Below, piece after piece: positions 1 to 10,634 of a DNA stretch of 64,000 nt. Origin of the DNA: an uncultured cyanobacterium (GTDB taxonomy: Bacteria; Cyanobacteriota; Cyanobacteriia; Cyanobacteriales; Nostocaceae); contig OY970166.1 in NCBI GenBank assembly GCA_963706595.1, forward strand, positions 288,001 to 352,000, read 5' to 3'. Within the stretch, counting starts at the first letter, position 1. Each line of letters starts with the position of its first letter. Made by a program: the position numbers and the translations under genes. Under the pieces are notes generated by a model. That model ran no database searches. It was not told the origin of the DNA and saw only the letters and a program-made list of their open reading frames with translations.

Positions 1-3000
1 ACTAAAACCCGGTTGAAATAGCAAGTCATAGACTTCCAGACGCGAAATTGATTTTGCTTGCTCGGCTGTCAGCATACCCAGCTGAACTGCTTTTGTCTTG
101 ATTCGTTCTGGGTCGATTCCAGCACCATCATCACCGACGGAAATCACCGTTTGGTTCCCTTGGTAGAAGGCACGAATCGTAATGTATCCTACGGGTGGTT
201 TACCAGCTGCTTTCCTGATATCTGGCGTTTCAATCCCGTGAGCGATCGCATTGTTGAGCATGTGAGTCAACGGATCGGTGAGATGATCTAAAATCATCTT
301 GTCAATCAAAGTATCTCCGCCTTCAATCACCAAATTGACTTGTTTACCATATTTGATCGCGTTGTCGCGCACTCCTCGCCGCAAGCGATCAATTGTTTGG
401 GAAAAAGGCACCATTCGCGCTCGTGTGAGTCCCTCTTGTAGCTGGGTTGTCACTTGGCGGAACTGTCGCGCTACTCTTTCGCTTTCTTCAGTTACAAAGT
501 CAATATCACTCGCCGACTCACGCACCCGCACAATAAATTCAATCATTTCTTGGGATAGCGTGTGAAAAGGAGTGAAGCGATCCATTTCTAACTCACTGAA
601 ACCCATATCTGTATGAGAATCATAATTGTTCGCGTTAGTTTCTTTAATTTCTTTAGGTTCTTTGGCTGTGCGACTGGCCAGAAGAGAAGCTTCTAATAGC
701 GATCGCTCATACAATTCCTGCATCCTGGCTCCTACATCTGACAGATGTTGTACCTGAACCAGCAAATTATCTAAAGATTGCCGCAGCCGTTCATGATCCT
801 GTTCTAAAGTGTTGCGATTAACCACCAACTCCCCAACTAAATTGCTCATATCGTCCAGCTGCTTCACTGGCACTTTCATTGTTTCTTCAAATCTAGCAGT
901 CAGACGATCTGAAGAACGGGAGATTTTGCTGATCAGCGATTTTGGTTTGACCGGTGGTGAGTGGGATATCGTTTGATCTGCTTCTGCAAGCAATTTCTCC
1001 AAATCGCTAAATTCATCATCCACATCTGCTGATGCAATGGAATTGCTGGCAATTTGGCGAGTGGTTAGTTCAAATTGTGGTGTGTAGGATGGCTGTTCAT
1101 TAGATACTGTTACTTCTTCATCGTCGCTAGGATTCAGCAAAGCTTCCAGAGAGGCAAAATCTTCTTCTGGCATTGAACTAGCAGGGGAACTGACTGTTGT
1201 TTCCTCTTCTAACAATGCTTCTAACTCAGAAAATTCATCTTGGAGATAAGTCTCATTTTCTGAAATAGCCTCTGTTGGGGAAGTTACTGATATTACCTCC
1301 TCTGCCGACAAAACAAAATTAGCATTTTCGCTTTGGGCTAATTCTTGGTTTGGTAACATTGAATCTGTGTTCCACAGATCATCTGATAAATCTGCTGTCT
1401 CCCCGAATATTTCCCCATCTTCTAGATGCAACTCGTTTGGACGATCATCTAGGGCTACTACTAAACTTTCGGCAATATCATTTACTAATAATTCTTCGGG
1501 ATTTACTGCTGGCTGCTCAGTTGCGGCGGCGAATAAATCATCAACTAAATCAGTGGCTGGCGTAATATCAACATCAACCGCCAACCCAGAGTTAATATCA
1601 ACATCTGCAAACTCTAATTCAGCTTCAAACTGTTGTAATTCTAAATCTTCTGGAGAAATTCTATCTAAACTTGTTTCTGAAGCGAATAAGTCGTCATCCT
1701 CAACCAAACTATCAGCATCATCAAGTTGAACATAAGTTAAATCTAATTCATCTGTCTGGGCTATTTCTAAGCCGATGACTTGCGGACTTTCAGCAAATAA
1801 GTCGTCATCCTCAACCAGATTATCAGCATCATCAAGTTGAACATAAGTTAAATCTAATTCATCTGTCTGGGCTATTTCTGAGCCGATGACTTGCGGACTT
1901 TCAGCGAATAAGTCGTCATCCTCAACCAGATTATCAGCATCATCAAGTTGAACATCAGTTAAATCTAATTCATCTGTCTGGGCTATTTCTAAGCCGATGA
2001 CTTGCGGACTTTCAGCAAATAAGTCGTCATCCTCAACCAGATTATCAGCATCATCAAGTTGAACATAAGTTAAATCTAATTCATCTGTCTGGGCTATTTC
2101 TGAGCCGATAACTTGCGGACTTTCAGCGAATAAGTCGTCATCCTCAACCAAACTATCAGCATCATCAAGTTGAACATCAGTTAAATCTAATTCATCTGTC
2201 TGGGCTATTTCTGAGCCGATAACTTGCGGACTTTCAGCGAATAAGTCGTCATCCTCAACCAGATTATCAGCATCATCAAGTTGAACATCAGTTAAATCTA
2301 ATTCATCTGTCTGGGTTATTTCTGAGCCGATAACTTGCGGACTTTCAGCGAATAAGTCGTCATCCTCAACCAAACTATCAGCATCATCAAGTTGAACATC
2401 AGTTAAATCTAATTCATCTGTCTGGGCTATTTCTGAGCCGATAACTTGCGGACTTTCAGCGAATAAGTCGTCATCCTCAACCAAACTATCAGCATCATCA
2501 AGTTGAACATCAGTTAAATCTAATTCATCTGTCTGGGCTATTTCTGAGCCGATAACTTGCGGACTTTCAGCGAGATTATCAAATAAACCAACTGCCAAAT
2601 CAGCAAATACTGGGGGAGAATCTACAGAAGCTGGCGGGGGCGGCTCTTTTGTAAATTCTGGGGTAATATCTAACGCCTCTGGCTCTTGAGAAAAGCCACC
2701 AATTTCCTGTAGAGTCAATTCCTCATCGTCATCATCAGTCGGAGATATGGAATTGAATGCTGCTAAATCTGCAAATAAATCATATCCATCAGCAGTATCT
2801 GATGGCAAGATTAAATCTTGCTCATAAAAGGTGAGATCATCATCTTCTATACTTGTTGAGATTGTGGGTATAAACTCTTCAATGTTGCCAAAAATATCAC
2901 CAGAAGCCGCCGCCAACAAACTCTCCTCTAAAGCTTTAGCCACATCCTGCTCAAGTAACGGCATAGTTTCCGCTGCTTCTGTTGTTGCTGTTTCTTGGTT

Positions 3001-4926
3001 CCAAAAGTCGTTTAAATTCTCTTCTGTCTGAGTAAATTCTATTTGTGTCGCAGGTGTGATATCAAATAAGTCACTAACTTCTGACTGATTGTTAGACAGT
3101 TGTTGATCATCATTAAAATCATCAAACAAACCATCTAAAGTTAAAGATTCTGGCTGGATGTTATTCGGTTTTGATTCTACATAATTATCTGGTAAAATCT
3201 CCTCTATATCTCCATTATCTGTTGCTGAGAACAAGTCATCAAAGCTGCTTTCTTGGTTAGAAGATATTTGTTTTGGTTGAGTTACTTCGCCTGTGGTTAG
3301 TAATTCCTGATCATCTATTGTTAGTGCTGATGAATCATCTATAAAATCATTTACCACAGAATCCTGTGCTTCGCTGGAAGTAGCCGCCAATATTGGTTGC
3401 TCTTGCTGGTCTTGATGCTCTGTTTCGGCAAAATTGCTGCCAAATAATATGTTTAAATCTTCTGTTTTAGTGAGACTGATTTGCTGTGCATTGTCGCTGT
3501 TGTCTGCATCAAAAGATAGAAAATCAGCTAAATCGTGATCAACATCTTCTGTATCGTTGTCACCAAAATCTATCCCTAATTCACTGGCGGCGCTAACGTC
3601 TAAAACTTCTTCTTGTTGCCAAGTTTCATCTAGTTCGGGAGTGTCACCTGCAAATAAGTCAGCTAGGGTATTTAACTCAGCTAATCCTACTTCAGGGCCA
3701 TTTTGTCCAAAATTACTCATATATGTGTCTTCTTCACTACCTAAGAAGAACATCTGAGTCCGAGCGGTTGTAGGAACAGGGTTTTCTGCTGCTACTGAAA
3801 TATCTTGACTTGGTTGAAGTTGCTCGGATAGTTCAGTGAGGCTACTTATGCTATCTGTTGACTGTAGAATAGTCGGCTGCTGACTGAGCAAATTATCTGG
3901 ACTCGAAAACAATTCCTCATCTGCTACAGATGCAGGCTGGTGAGCCAGCAAATCTTGAGACTGTAACAACTCAAGTTCTGGCAAGTTCAAGAGCGCTGCT
4001 AATTGCTGACTAGTTGCAATCTCGGTGTCTCTGTTTTGCAGAACCAATTCTTGGGCTTGTTTAATTTCGGTAATGATAATTTTGGCTAGGGTGAGATAGG
4101 AATTTTCTGGATTAGCGATCGCATTTGCTGCGGCTTGACATAATCTACACCAATGAGGCAAATTCCAAGTCTGGCCAAGTTGGACTAACTGCTGACAACA
4201 TCGCTGAAGATTTTGCCGAGATTCAGGTGTTGTCTTTTGCTTAAACAGTTGCAACATTTCCCGCAGTGCTTGTAACACCTGGGTTTGAAATTCATCCCAA
4301 TGGTCACGTACTGGGGCGGTTAAGAACGAATGTGCTTCTGAAGATACTACAGACAGGGGTAATTGTGTCGATGTCCTGGCGGTGTCTTCTTCCTCGTCAG
4401 GAATATCTCGGAGCAAGAATAAGTCAGTGAGTGTGCTAACTCTATCCTCCTGATGGGGTTCTATTTCTGTTGTGGTATTGTTATTGACTACTCCACTATT
4501 GTTTTGTTGTACTAGTAGTTCCAAATGTTCATATAGCCATTTAAACACCGGCTCAGTTTCTAGCATCAGAGTATTAGCAGCATCTTCTGACAGACCGAAT
4601 GGCCCACTCAAATGTTCTAATAGCACCTTGAGGGTATCAGATACACCGAGAAATAAAGATTCTAACTTTTGATCAACCTGAACCGGATGTTCTTTAAGAA
4701 CTTTAAAACAATCTTCCAGACGGTGAGAGGTGTGCTGAATACTATTCAGCCCCAACATAGCTGCGCTTCCTTTGATTGAATGAGCCGCCCGGAAAACTTC
4801 ATTGACCATTTCCGGGTCGTTCAGGGTCCTTTGAAGATTCATTAACCCCTGCTCAATCGTATTCAGATGGTCTCTGGCTTCTTCTATGAAATAACCTAAA
4901 ATCCGCTGTTGTTGTTCCGGCAGCAT
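1..4926 (-). CDS. hmpE: CheA-like hybrid histidine kinase, partial (3' end beyond left edge)
   Basis: Not in ORF track because it runs off the edge. ATG at 4926 gives MLPEQQQRILGYFIEEARDHL..FRAAHSIKGSAAMLG (Hpt); the same frame gives DLLFQPGFS (CheA ATPase) at the window start; frame spot-checked at several points; synteny with MCP/CheW/CheY/PatA/hmpF. Confidence 0.9.
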   Translation of the reverse strand, partial: MLPEQQQRILGYFIEEARDHLNTIEQGLMNLQRTLNDPEMVNEVFRAAHSIKGSAAMLGLNSIQHTSHRLEDCFKVLKEHPVQVDQKLESLFLGVSDTLKVLLEHLSGPFGLSEDAANTLMLETEPVFKWLYEHLELLVQQNNSGVVNNNTTTEIEPHQEDRVSTLTDLFLLRDIPDEEEDTARTSTQLPLSVVSSEAHSFLTAPVRDHWDEFQTQVLQALREMLQLFKQKTTPESRQNLQRCCQQLVQLGQTWNLPHWCRLCQAAANAIANPENSYLTLAKIIITEIKQAQELVLQNRDTEIATSQQLAALLNLPELELLQSQDLLAHQPASVADEELFSSPDNLLSQQPTILQSTDSISSLTELSEQLQPSQDISVAAENPVPTTARTQMFFLGSEEDTYMSNFGQNGPEVGLAELNTLADLFAGDTPELDETWQQEEVLDVSAASELGIDFGDNDTEDVDHDLADFLSFDADNSDNAQQISLTKTEDLNILFGSNFAETEHQDQQEQPILAATSSEAQDSVVNDFIDDSSALTIDDQELLTTGEVTQPKQISSNQESSFDDLFSATDNGDIEEILPDNYVESKPNNIQPESLTLDGLFDDFNDDQQLSNNQSEVSDLFDITPATQIEFTQTEENLNDFWNQETATTEAAETMPLLEQDVAKALEESLLAAASGDIFGNIEEFIPTISTSIEDDDLTFYEQDLILPSDTADGYDLFADLAAFNSISPTDDDDEELTLQEIGGFSQEPEALDITPEFTKEPPPPASVDSPPVFADLAVGLFDNLAESPQVIGSEIAQTDELDLTDVQLDDADSLVEDDDLFAESPQVIGSEIAQTDELDLTDVQLDDADSLVEDDDLFAESPQVIGSEITQTDELDLTDVQLDDADNLVEDDDLFAESPQVIGSEIAQTDELDLTDVQLDDADSLVEDDDLFAESPQVIGSEIAQTDELDLTYVQLDDADNLVEDDDLFAESPQVIGLEIAQTDELDLTDVQLDDADNLVEDDDLFAESPQVIGSEIAQTDELDLTYVQLDDADNLVEDDDLFAESPQVIGLEIAQTDELDLTYVQLDDADSLVEDDDLFASETSLDRISPEDLELQQFEAELEFADVDINSGLAVDVDITPATDLVDDLFAAATEQPAVNPEELLVNDIAESLVVALDDRPNELHLEDGEIFGETADLSDDLWNTDSMLPNQELAQSENANFVLSAEEVISVTSPTEAISENETYLQDEFSELEALLEEETTVSSPASSMPEEDFASLEALLNPSDDEEVTVSNEQPSYTPQFELTTRQIASNSIASADVDDEFSDLEKLLAEADQTISHSPPVKPKSLISKISRSSDRLTARFEETMKVPVKQLDDMSNLVGELVVNRNTLEQDHERLRQSLDNLLVQVQHLSDVGARMQELYERSLLEASLLASRTAKEPKEIKETNANNYDSHTDMGFSELEMDRFTPFHTLSQEMIEFIVRVRESASDIDFVTEESERVARQFRQVTTQLQEGLTRARMVPFSQTIDRLRRGVRDNAIKYGKQVNLVIEGGDTLIDKMILDHLTDPLTHMLNNAIAHGIETPDIRKAAGKPPVGYITIRAFYQGNQTVISVGDDGAGIDPERIKTKAVQLGMLTAEQAKSISRLEVYDLLFQPGFS
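242..249. repeat. HIP1 octamer GCGATCGC (one example of many across the window)
   Basis: Palindrome recurs throughout coding and non-coding DNA; cyanobacterial hallmark. Confidence 0.95.
1682..2569 (-). repeat. 8 x 111-bp in-frame tandem repeat (37 aa: AESPQVIGSEIAQTDELDLTDVQLDDADSLVEDDDLF) in hmpE linker
   Basis: Units start at 1682, 1793, 1904 ... 2459; near-identical. Confidence 0.97.
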
Positions 4927-4994
4927 AATAAAAGTTCTGAGTGCTGAGTTCTGAGTACTGAGTGGTCATCGACCAATGTCTAATGACTAATTAA

Positions 4995-7919
4995 TTACTT
5001 GGATTCGAGGGTTTCCACGCGGAAACGTTCTACGGAGGAGATCAAGTCACGGGAAACACCGACTAGAAGCTGTAGTGCGCCTGAAACGCGCTGGGCTTCC
5101 TGGGAAGTTTCTTGGGCTGTGAGTTCCACCGATTGCATAACGTGGGCGACGGCACGGGAAGTTTCTGTTTGTTCTACTGTGTCGCTGGTAATGGAGCGCA
5201 CTAGAGTATCAATACGATTCGCTACTTGAATGATATTTTCCAGCGATCGCTTGGCTTCTTCTGCCAATTTAGTACCTTTAATTACCTGTTGTGTACCTTC
5301 TTCCATTGCGGTCATAACTGAGCCGGTTTCGCTCTGGATTTGCATGACAATCTGTTCAATTTCCTTTAAGGATTTGGCAGATTTATCTGCTAGTTGACGG
5401 ACTTCATCTGCCACAATGGCAAACCCACGTCCGGCTTCACCAGCTCTTGCCGCCTCAATACTGGCGTTGAGTGCGAGTAAATTGGTACGAGAGGCAATCT
5501 GAGAAATTAAGGCCACAATTTTAGAAATTTCTTGAGAAGATTCCGCTAATCGCTTCACCTTGCGGGTAGTTTCCGCTACAGTTTCGCGAATTTCTAAAAT
5601 CCCTGCTACGGTATTTTCCACTGCTTCGCCACCTTTGAGTGCGATCGCACTGGCATCACCAGCCACAATTTCCGCTTCTCGTGCTGCTTCTGCTACCCGT
5701 TGAATCGAGTCAGTCATTACCTGTACCGAATTTAAAGTTATTCCTAACTCTTCTGCTTGTCGCAAAGCATCACTCGATAAGGCTCTGGCAAATGTTTCGG
5801 AATTAGTTGCACCTTGTGTTACCTCCTTTGCTGCCACTTTTACTTGTTGAACAATATCCCGGAGGTTTTGAATTGTCAGATTAAAGGCATCGGCAACGGC
5901 TCCTAGCACGTCTGCTGTCACTTCGGCTTGAACTGTCAAATCACCTCTAGCAGCGCCTTCTACATCGTCTAACAGGCGAATCACTTGGCGTTGCAGGTTT
6001 TCTTTAGCTTCTTCTTGTTCATCAGCTTTGCGTTGGGCATCGGATGTAGTTCTAAAAATTACCCGCGCCATTTCATTAAAGCCCGTAGACAAGCGCCCTA
6101 ATTCATCTTCGGAATACACCGTGGCTTGCACATTCAGATTACCTTGGCGGACTGCATCAAACTGAGCTTGCAGATCCTGGGTAGTGCGGCGAACTTGCTT
6201 GAGTGTCAGATTGCCCATAAAGGCTGCTGTACCGAAACCTGCAATACCCGCAGCCAGTGACATCGCCCAGCCTGTATTCCTGACTGATTCCCGTTGTTCA
6301 GGTGGCGAAAAGTTGGTAGTTGTGAAGCTAACTGTAGCTACAACTAAAGCGGAGAAAATGCCAACTGTGCCAGCAACAAACCAAGGTTTCACATCTAGAG
6401 AGGCATTCTCTAAAGGTGCTAGCCAACCTTGCTCAACGCTAACATTGGGTTCTAGCTTCGAGACATTTTTTTCAGTAAAAATCGGCACTGCTTCTTGTTC
6501 ACCATTACCTGAGCCGGTAATAGAAAACAGTTCATCGTCCCGTTCTTGAGGTTCTTGTTTAGGGTTAGATCCCGTGTTTTTACCTTGTAAGTTCCCACTA
6601 CTGTCTAATGAACCCGAAAGCATAGTCACATCATCAAAGCCAGAATTTGCTTCTGTTAAGTCAAATCCGGGAATTTTACCTAAATCATCAAATTCATCAA
6701 AGTTATCTAAAAACTCGATATTAGTCTGAGAATTTTCGCCCTTTAGTAAACTATTTGTATCTTCATCAGAGCCAAAAGCAGATTTAAAGGCCTCAAAATC
6801 AAAACTATCATCATCAAAGTTACTGATATCTACCGTACCATTACTAGCAATATGCTGGTCTCTTGGCGAGTAACTACCATTTAAACTTGAGGATGTTTCT
6901 TCATCTGCTATTTTTTCTAACCAATTATTAGAGTCTGATTGAGAAAAATCATCTGAAAAATTATGACTCAAATCATTGGTTTCGCGCGCATCCAGTTTGA
7001 GATTCTCCTGCCTCATCAGTAAAGTTTCGTCTTCCTGGCTATTTGTTTCGGGGTCAAATTTTTCCAAATTTGACTCTTTATCAGGGTCTTCAGTCGAAAT
7101 TTCCGGAGTAGTTTCCAAACTATTGCTCATGGAAAAATTAACTTCTGCAAAAGTTGTATCTTTTACATTTTCATCATAAATTAACGGATTTTCATGAGAG
7201 TATTCTGTGGCAGGATCTGCTAAATTACTACTATTTTCTGGCGCATCTACGCTTTCTACTGCAATCTCTTGTTGCCAGAAAACGGGTAAATCTAGTTCGA
7301 CTTGCTCATTTTCCCTATTGGCATGAGATTCTGTCCCGCTTTGATTTGGATTCAAAGCAAAAGGATCGGCGCTCAAAGATGCGCTTGAATCTGATGTTTG
7401 ATTGAATGAAATACTGTCCGAGGGCATCTCAAATGGATTGCTTGAGGATAGTTCTGGCACATCTATAGATGACTGAAGCTCTTCCAAGGCATCCAATTCC
7501 AAGCTGTTGCTATCCAAGTCAGCGAACATCCCCAAATCTTCTAATTCTGGGATATCAGACTTGAGATGATCAGAAATTTCTGTAATATTTATTGTCTCTA
7601 GCTGATGAATTGCTTCAGTACCAATGCCTGACTCTGATGCTTGTTGGTATTGATTGATACTTTCTAAGCCATTATTGGCAAAACCAACAATTTCTTGATC
7701 ATCAGACAGCTGTAAAACTTTTTCGTACTCTTGTTGTGCAACGTCGTACTGCTGCAAAACGTAGTAGATATGACCCCGTAACAAATGGCAATTAGCGTCA
7801 TCTGGTACGTTCTGCACCACTTCGTCAACTAAAGTGGCGGCAACTTCATACTTTTGTTGTGCATAGGCTGTACAAGCCTGATTATATGAATCTAGATAAT
7901 CGTTTAAACTAGCTGCCAT
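4995..7919 (-). CDS. hmpD: Methyl-accepting chemotaxis protein with N-terminal TPR, acidic linker, 2 TM, HAMP
   Basis: [30 protein letters not shown] signalling tip; start re-called to MAASL behind GGGAGG RBS. Confidence 0.92.
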   Translation of the reverse strand: MAASLNDYLDSYNQACTAYAQQKYEVAATLVDEVVQNVPDDANCHLLRGHIYYVLQQYDVAQQEYEKVLQLSDDQEIVGFANNGLESINQYQQASESGIGTEAIHQLETINITEISDHLKSDIPELEDLGMFADLDSNSLELDALEELQSSIDVPELSSSNPFEMPSDSISFNQTSDSSASLSADPFALNPNQSGTESHANRENEQVELDLPVFWQQEIAVESVDAPENSSNLADPATEYSHENPLIYDENVKDTTFAEVNFSMSNSLETTPEISTEDPDKESNLEKFDPETNSQEDETLLMRQENLKLDARETNDLSHNFSDDFSQSDSNNWLEKIADEETSSSLNGSYSPRDQHIASNGTVDISNFDDDSFDFEAFKSAFGSDEDTNSLLKGENSQTNIEFLDNFDEFDDLGKIPGFDLTEANSGFDDVTMLSGSLDSSGNLQGKNTGSNPKQEPQERDDELFSITGSGNGEQEAVPIFTEKNVSKLEPNVSVEQGWLAPLENASLDVKPWFVAGTVGIFSALVVATVSFTTTNFSPPEQRESVRNTGWAMSLAAGIAGFGTAAFMGNLTLKQVRRTTQDLQAQFDAVRQGNLNVQATVYSEDELGRLSTGFNEMARVIFRTTSDAQRKADEQEEAKENLQRQVIRLLDDVEGAARGDLTVQAEVTADVLGAVADAFNLTIQNLRDIVQQVKVAAKEVTQGATNSETFARALSSDALRQAEELGITLNSVQVMTDSIQRVAEAAREAEIVAGDASAIALKGGEAVENTVAGILEIRETVAETTRKVKRLAESSQEISKIVALISQIASRTNLLALNASIEAARAGEAGRGFAIVADEVRQLADKSAKSLKEIEQIVMQIQSETGSVMTAMEEGTQQVIKGTKLAEEAKRSLENIIQVANRIDTLVRSITSDTVEQTETSRAVAHVMQSVELTAQETSQEAQRVSGALQLLVGVSRDLISSVERFRVETLESK

Positions 7920-7935
7920 TTGCTCCCTCCCAATT

Positions 7936-8466
7936 TCATCCTGCCCACCTCGCACTCCGCAAAATTGCCATTTGATCAAGCAGTCTTAACGCTCTTTTAT
8001 TACTACCATTTATTAACCACTCTCCACGTAAAAACGGAGTCATAGTATCTGGTAAATTAGTTGGTGGCATTAAATGCTGGATATCCAGCCAGTCCATACC
8101 ACCAATTTTTTCTACCGCTAAACCCACGATGGTGTCTTGCTCTTCAATCGCAATCACCGGAATTTCGGCTCTATCTGTGTTTAATGCGGTTACCTCACCC
8201 AGGAATTGTCCCAAGTCAGCCACCCAAATTACTCGACCTCGTAAATTTAGAGTACCCAAAAGTAAAGGAGAAGCATTAGGAATCGGGGTAATTCGATCTG
8301 GACTTAGTTCCATGACCTCTCGGATACCAGTGGCTGGTAGTGCAAATTCCTGATCTGAAGGAATATAAAACCGCAAATGTAATTCACCTTCAGGACTTTC
8401 TACTTGCAGTTCTGGCCGAAACTGATCTTGACCACTACCACTTAAAAAGTCCGGTTTGCTGACCAT
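7936..8466 (-). CDS. hmpC: CheW-like coupling protein
   Basis: [23 protein letters not shown]; start re-called to MVSKPDF. Confidence 0.92.
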   Translation of the reverse strand: MVSKPDFLSGSGQDQFRPELQVESPEGELHLRFYIPSDQEFALPATGIREVMELSPDRITPIPNASPLLLGTLNLRGRVIWVADLGQFLGEVTALNTDRAEIPVIAIEEQDTIVGLAVEKIGGMDWLDIQHLMPPTNLPDTMTPFLRGEWLINGSNKRALRLLDQMAILRSARWAG

Positions 8467-8473
8467 ATCGTTT

Positions 8474-8839
8474 TCATCCTCGCAGCAGTTGTTTGACTGT
8501 TCCCACCAATTCGGTTGGTTGAAACGGTTTGGCGATGTAAGCATCCGCACCTTGCTTCATACCCCAGTAGCGATCAAATTCTTCACCTTTAGAAGAACAC
8601 ATCACCACAGGGACATTTTGGGTTTTCGGGTTGGATTTTAATCGACGACACAGTTCATAGCCGTTCATCCGGGGCATCACAATATCCAACACCACTAAAT
8701 CAGGAGGGGCAGTTTGAATCGCCTCCAATGCTTCTACTCCGTCATTGGCATGGGTAACTATTAAACCACTTGCTTTCAGGAGGTCTGTAATCATCTCCCG
8801 TTGTGCGATACTGTCTTCCACAATCAGAACTATACTCAT
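8474..8839 (-). CDS. hmpB: CheY-like response regulator (PilH type)
   Basis: Single REC domain: VEDS, DIVMP, KPF. Confidence 0.92.
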   Translation of the reverse strand: MSIVLIVEDSIAQREMITDLLKASGLIVTHANDGVEALEAIQTAPPDLVVLDIVMPRMNGYELCRRLKSNPKTQNVPVVMCSSKGEEFDRYWGMKQGADAYIAKPFQPTELVGTVKQLLRG

Positions 8840-9011
8840 AAATGCCTATCTACCTCTTGATGTAGACGTTCCTTGTTGGAACATTCCCTGATCCCCCGCA
8901 AATATTTAGTGTATAAATTAATTTTATTGTTTCACTAATGTATTAGATAGTAACTTGGTACTTGAGTCAGATGATTCTGTGATAACATCTTTTGCCTCAG
9001 ATTTTATGGAA

Positions 9012-10235
9012 TCAATAAGTATGACATTTTGTTGGTGTCCTTAGATAAGACTGTACGTTTATATATTTTTCTACGAGCATGAGTAACTCCGTATCCCCAA
9101 AGGGCTTGGTTAAATAATCCGTCGCTCCCACCATTGTTGCCCTGACTCGATCTATAAATTGGTCTTTACCAGTTAGCATGATAATCGGGATATTTTGAAA
9201 GGCGCTACTGTGCCGCAACATGGCACAAATCTCGTAACCATCCAATTTCGGCATGGCAATGTCACATAAGATTAAATCTGGCTGGAGTTGAAATATCAGA
9301 CTGATCGCCTCTAGGGGATTGGTCAAAGCGATCGCTTCATATCCCTGTTGTTTTAAAATATGCTCTACAGTCTCACAGATCGTTTTGGTATCATCAATAC
9401 ATATTACTCGCACTTTGTACTTGTCATCGACTCCTGAAGGTTCACTGTGTGACGAAAAATTATTCGTATTTGAATATACGAGTTGTAGCCAACCCTGTTG
9501 TACGTATGGGTATATAGCCTTGGCCACTGTCAAAATGTCTCGGTTAAGATGGCGAGCTAGTTGACGCAGGGTTGTCTTACCATCGGCCCAATGCTGGAGC
9601 TTATTTATGGTTGTGCCTGGAAGTGAAGATTGTAGTTGCACTAAATCAGCTAGGATTGGTAATTGTTCAGAAGACTGAATGTGTGGATAAAGCTGTTTCC
9701 ATATCGGTATTTGCTGTGTGGCTTTGTGTACTAAAGGGGCAACTTCTAAGCTGGTTAATTGCGGGGTAAGCGTCGCACCCTGCCGAAAAATAAAACTCCC
9801 CTGGTGTAAACTCAGCAGGTCAAATATTGTCTCATACACCAAGCTGTGGATAATACTATGCCCTACTTTGGGTTCGATGATATTCCGTTCTAACAATGCC
9901 CAGAGATAGCCATACTCTGGTGCATTCTGTGAACCTAGAGAGGCCAGATGCTGTTCATCAAGTCGCGTCTCGACACGGTAATGACGTAAGTAATCATCAA
10001 TCCGTGACAAATTAGTATCACCTTGTTGAGAGTAGATAATTTGACCGTTGAGGAAGAAGACGAACCAAAATTTTTTTTCACTGTTCGACGAATGGTGATG
10101 TCTGGCTGTCTCGTGATTTGTGAGTTTGTCGCTATTGTGAAAGCAGGCTTCCACCAAAAGTTGTCCAGTTCGCTGTCCTAACGAAATCAATTGCAGGATA
10201 CTGCGAATATCAATTTCAATTAAATTTCCCTGCAT
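9012..10235 (-). CDS. hmpA: PatA-family response regulator (PATAN + REC)
   Basis: MQGNLIEIDIRSILQLI N-terminus, C-terminal REC (DIAMP, KPF). Confidence 0.88.
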   Translation of the reverse strand: MQGNLIEIDIRSILQLISLGQRTGQLLVEACFHNSDKLTNHETARHHHSSNSEKKFWFVFFLNGQIIYSQQGDTNLSRIDDYLRHYRVETRLDEQHLASLGSQNAPEYGYLWALLERNIIEPKVGHSIIHSLVYETIFDLLSLHQGSFIFRQGATLTPQLTSLEVAPLVHKATQQIPIWKQLYPHIQSSEQLPILADLVQLQSSLPGTTINKLQHWADGKTTLRQLARHLNRDILTVAKAIYPYVQQGWLQLVYSNTNNFSSHSEPSGVDDKYKVRVICIDDTKTICETVEHILKQQGYEAIALTNPLEAISLIFQLQPDLILCDIAMPKLDGYEICAMLRHSSAFQNIPIIMLTGKDQFIDRVRATMVGATDYLTKPFGDTELLMLVEKYINVQSYLRTPTKCHTY

Positions 10236-10634
10236 TTAAGTTGAAGGCTCTCCTGATGATTCCATTCATATTTTCTGTTAGATTTGCTCATTAAGTTTCT
10301 ACTTTTTAGCCAATGAATCAGGTATTATTACATAAAATCTTATTTCCTTTAGAACCAGTCCCATGGAGAGAATACATTTAGATACAAAGTGTAAACTTTT
10401 GTAATCTTTTTTGTTAAACCTAGTGGTAACACGGAAGTCATCACCACTGACATCAGTACAAAATATAAGGGCATACCCAAATTGTTTCTACAAATATCAA
10501 GACATTTATTTTACGTCTAAAAATAGTTTTCTCTGTCTTTATTTCCGAAAGTTAGGTAAAATAAAGGCAATTAACAGTATTATCTCAGGTATATACCCTA
10601 AGACGGACATCAAGTACACAAGAGGACAAGCGGT

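Noticed and set aside
58..4672. Short plus-strand ORFs within hmpE, and similar antisense ORFs in other genes
   Set aside because: Shadow frames of well-supported genes
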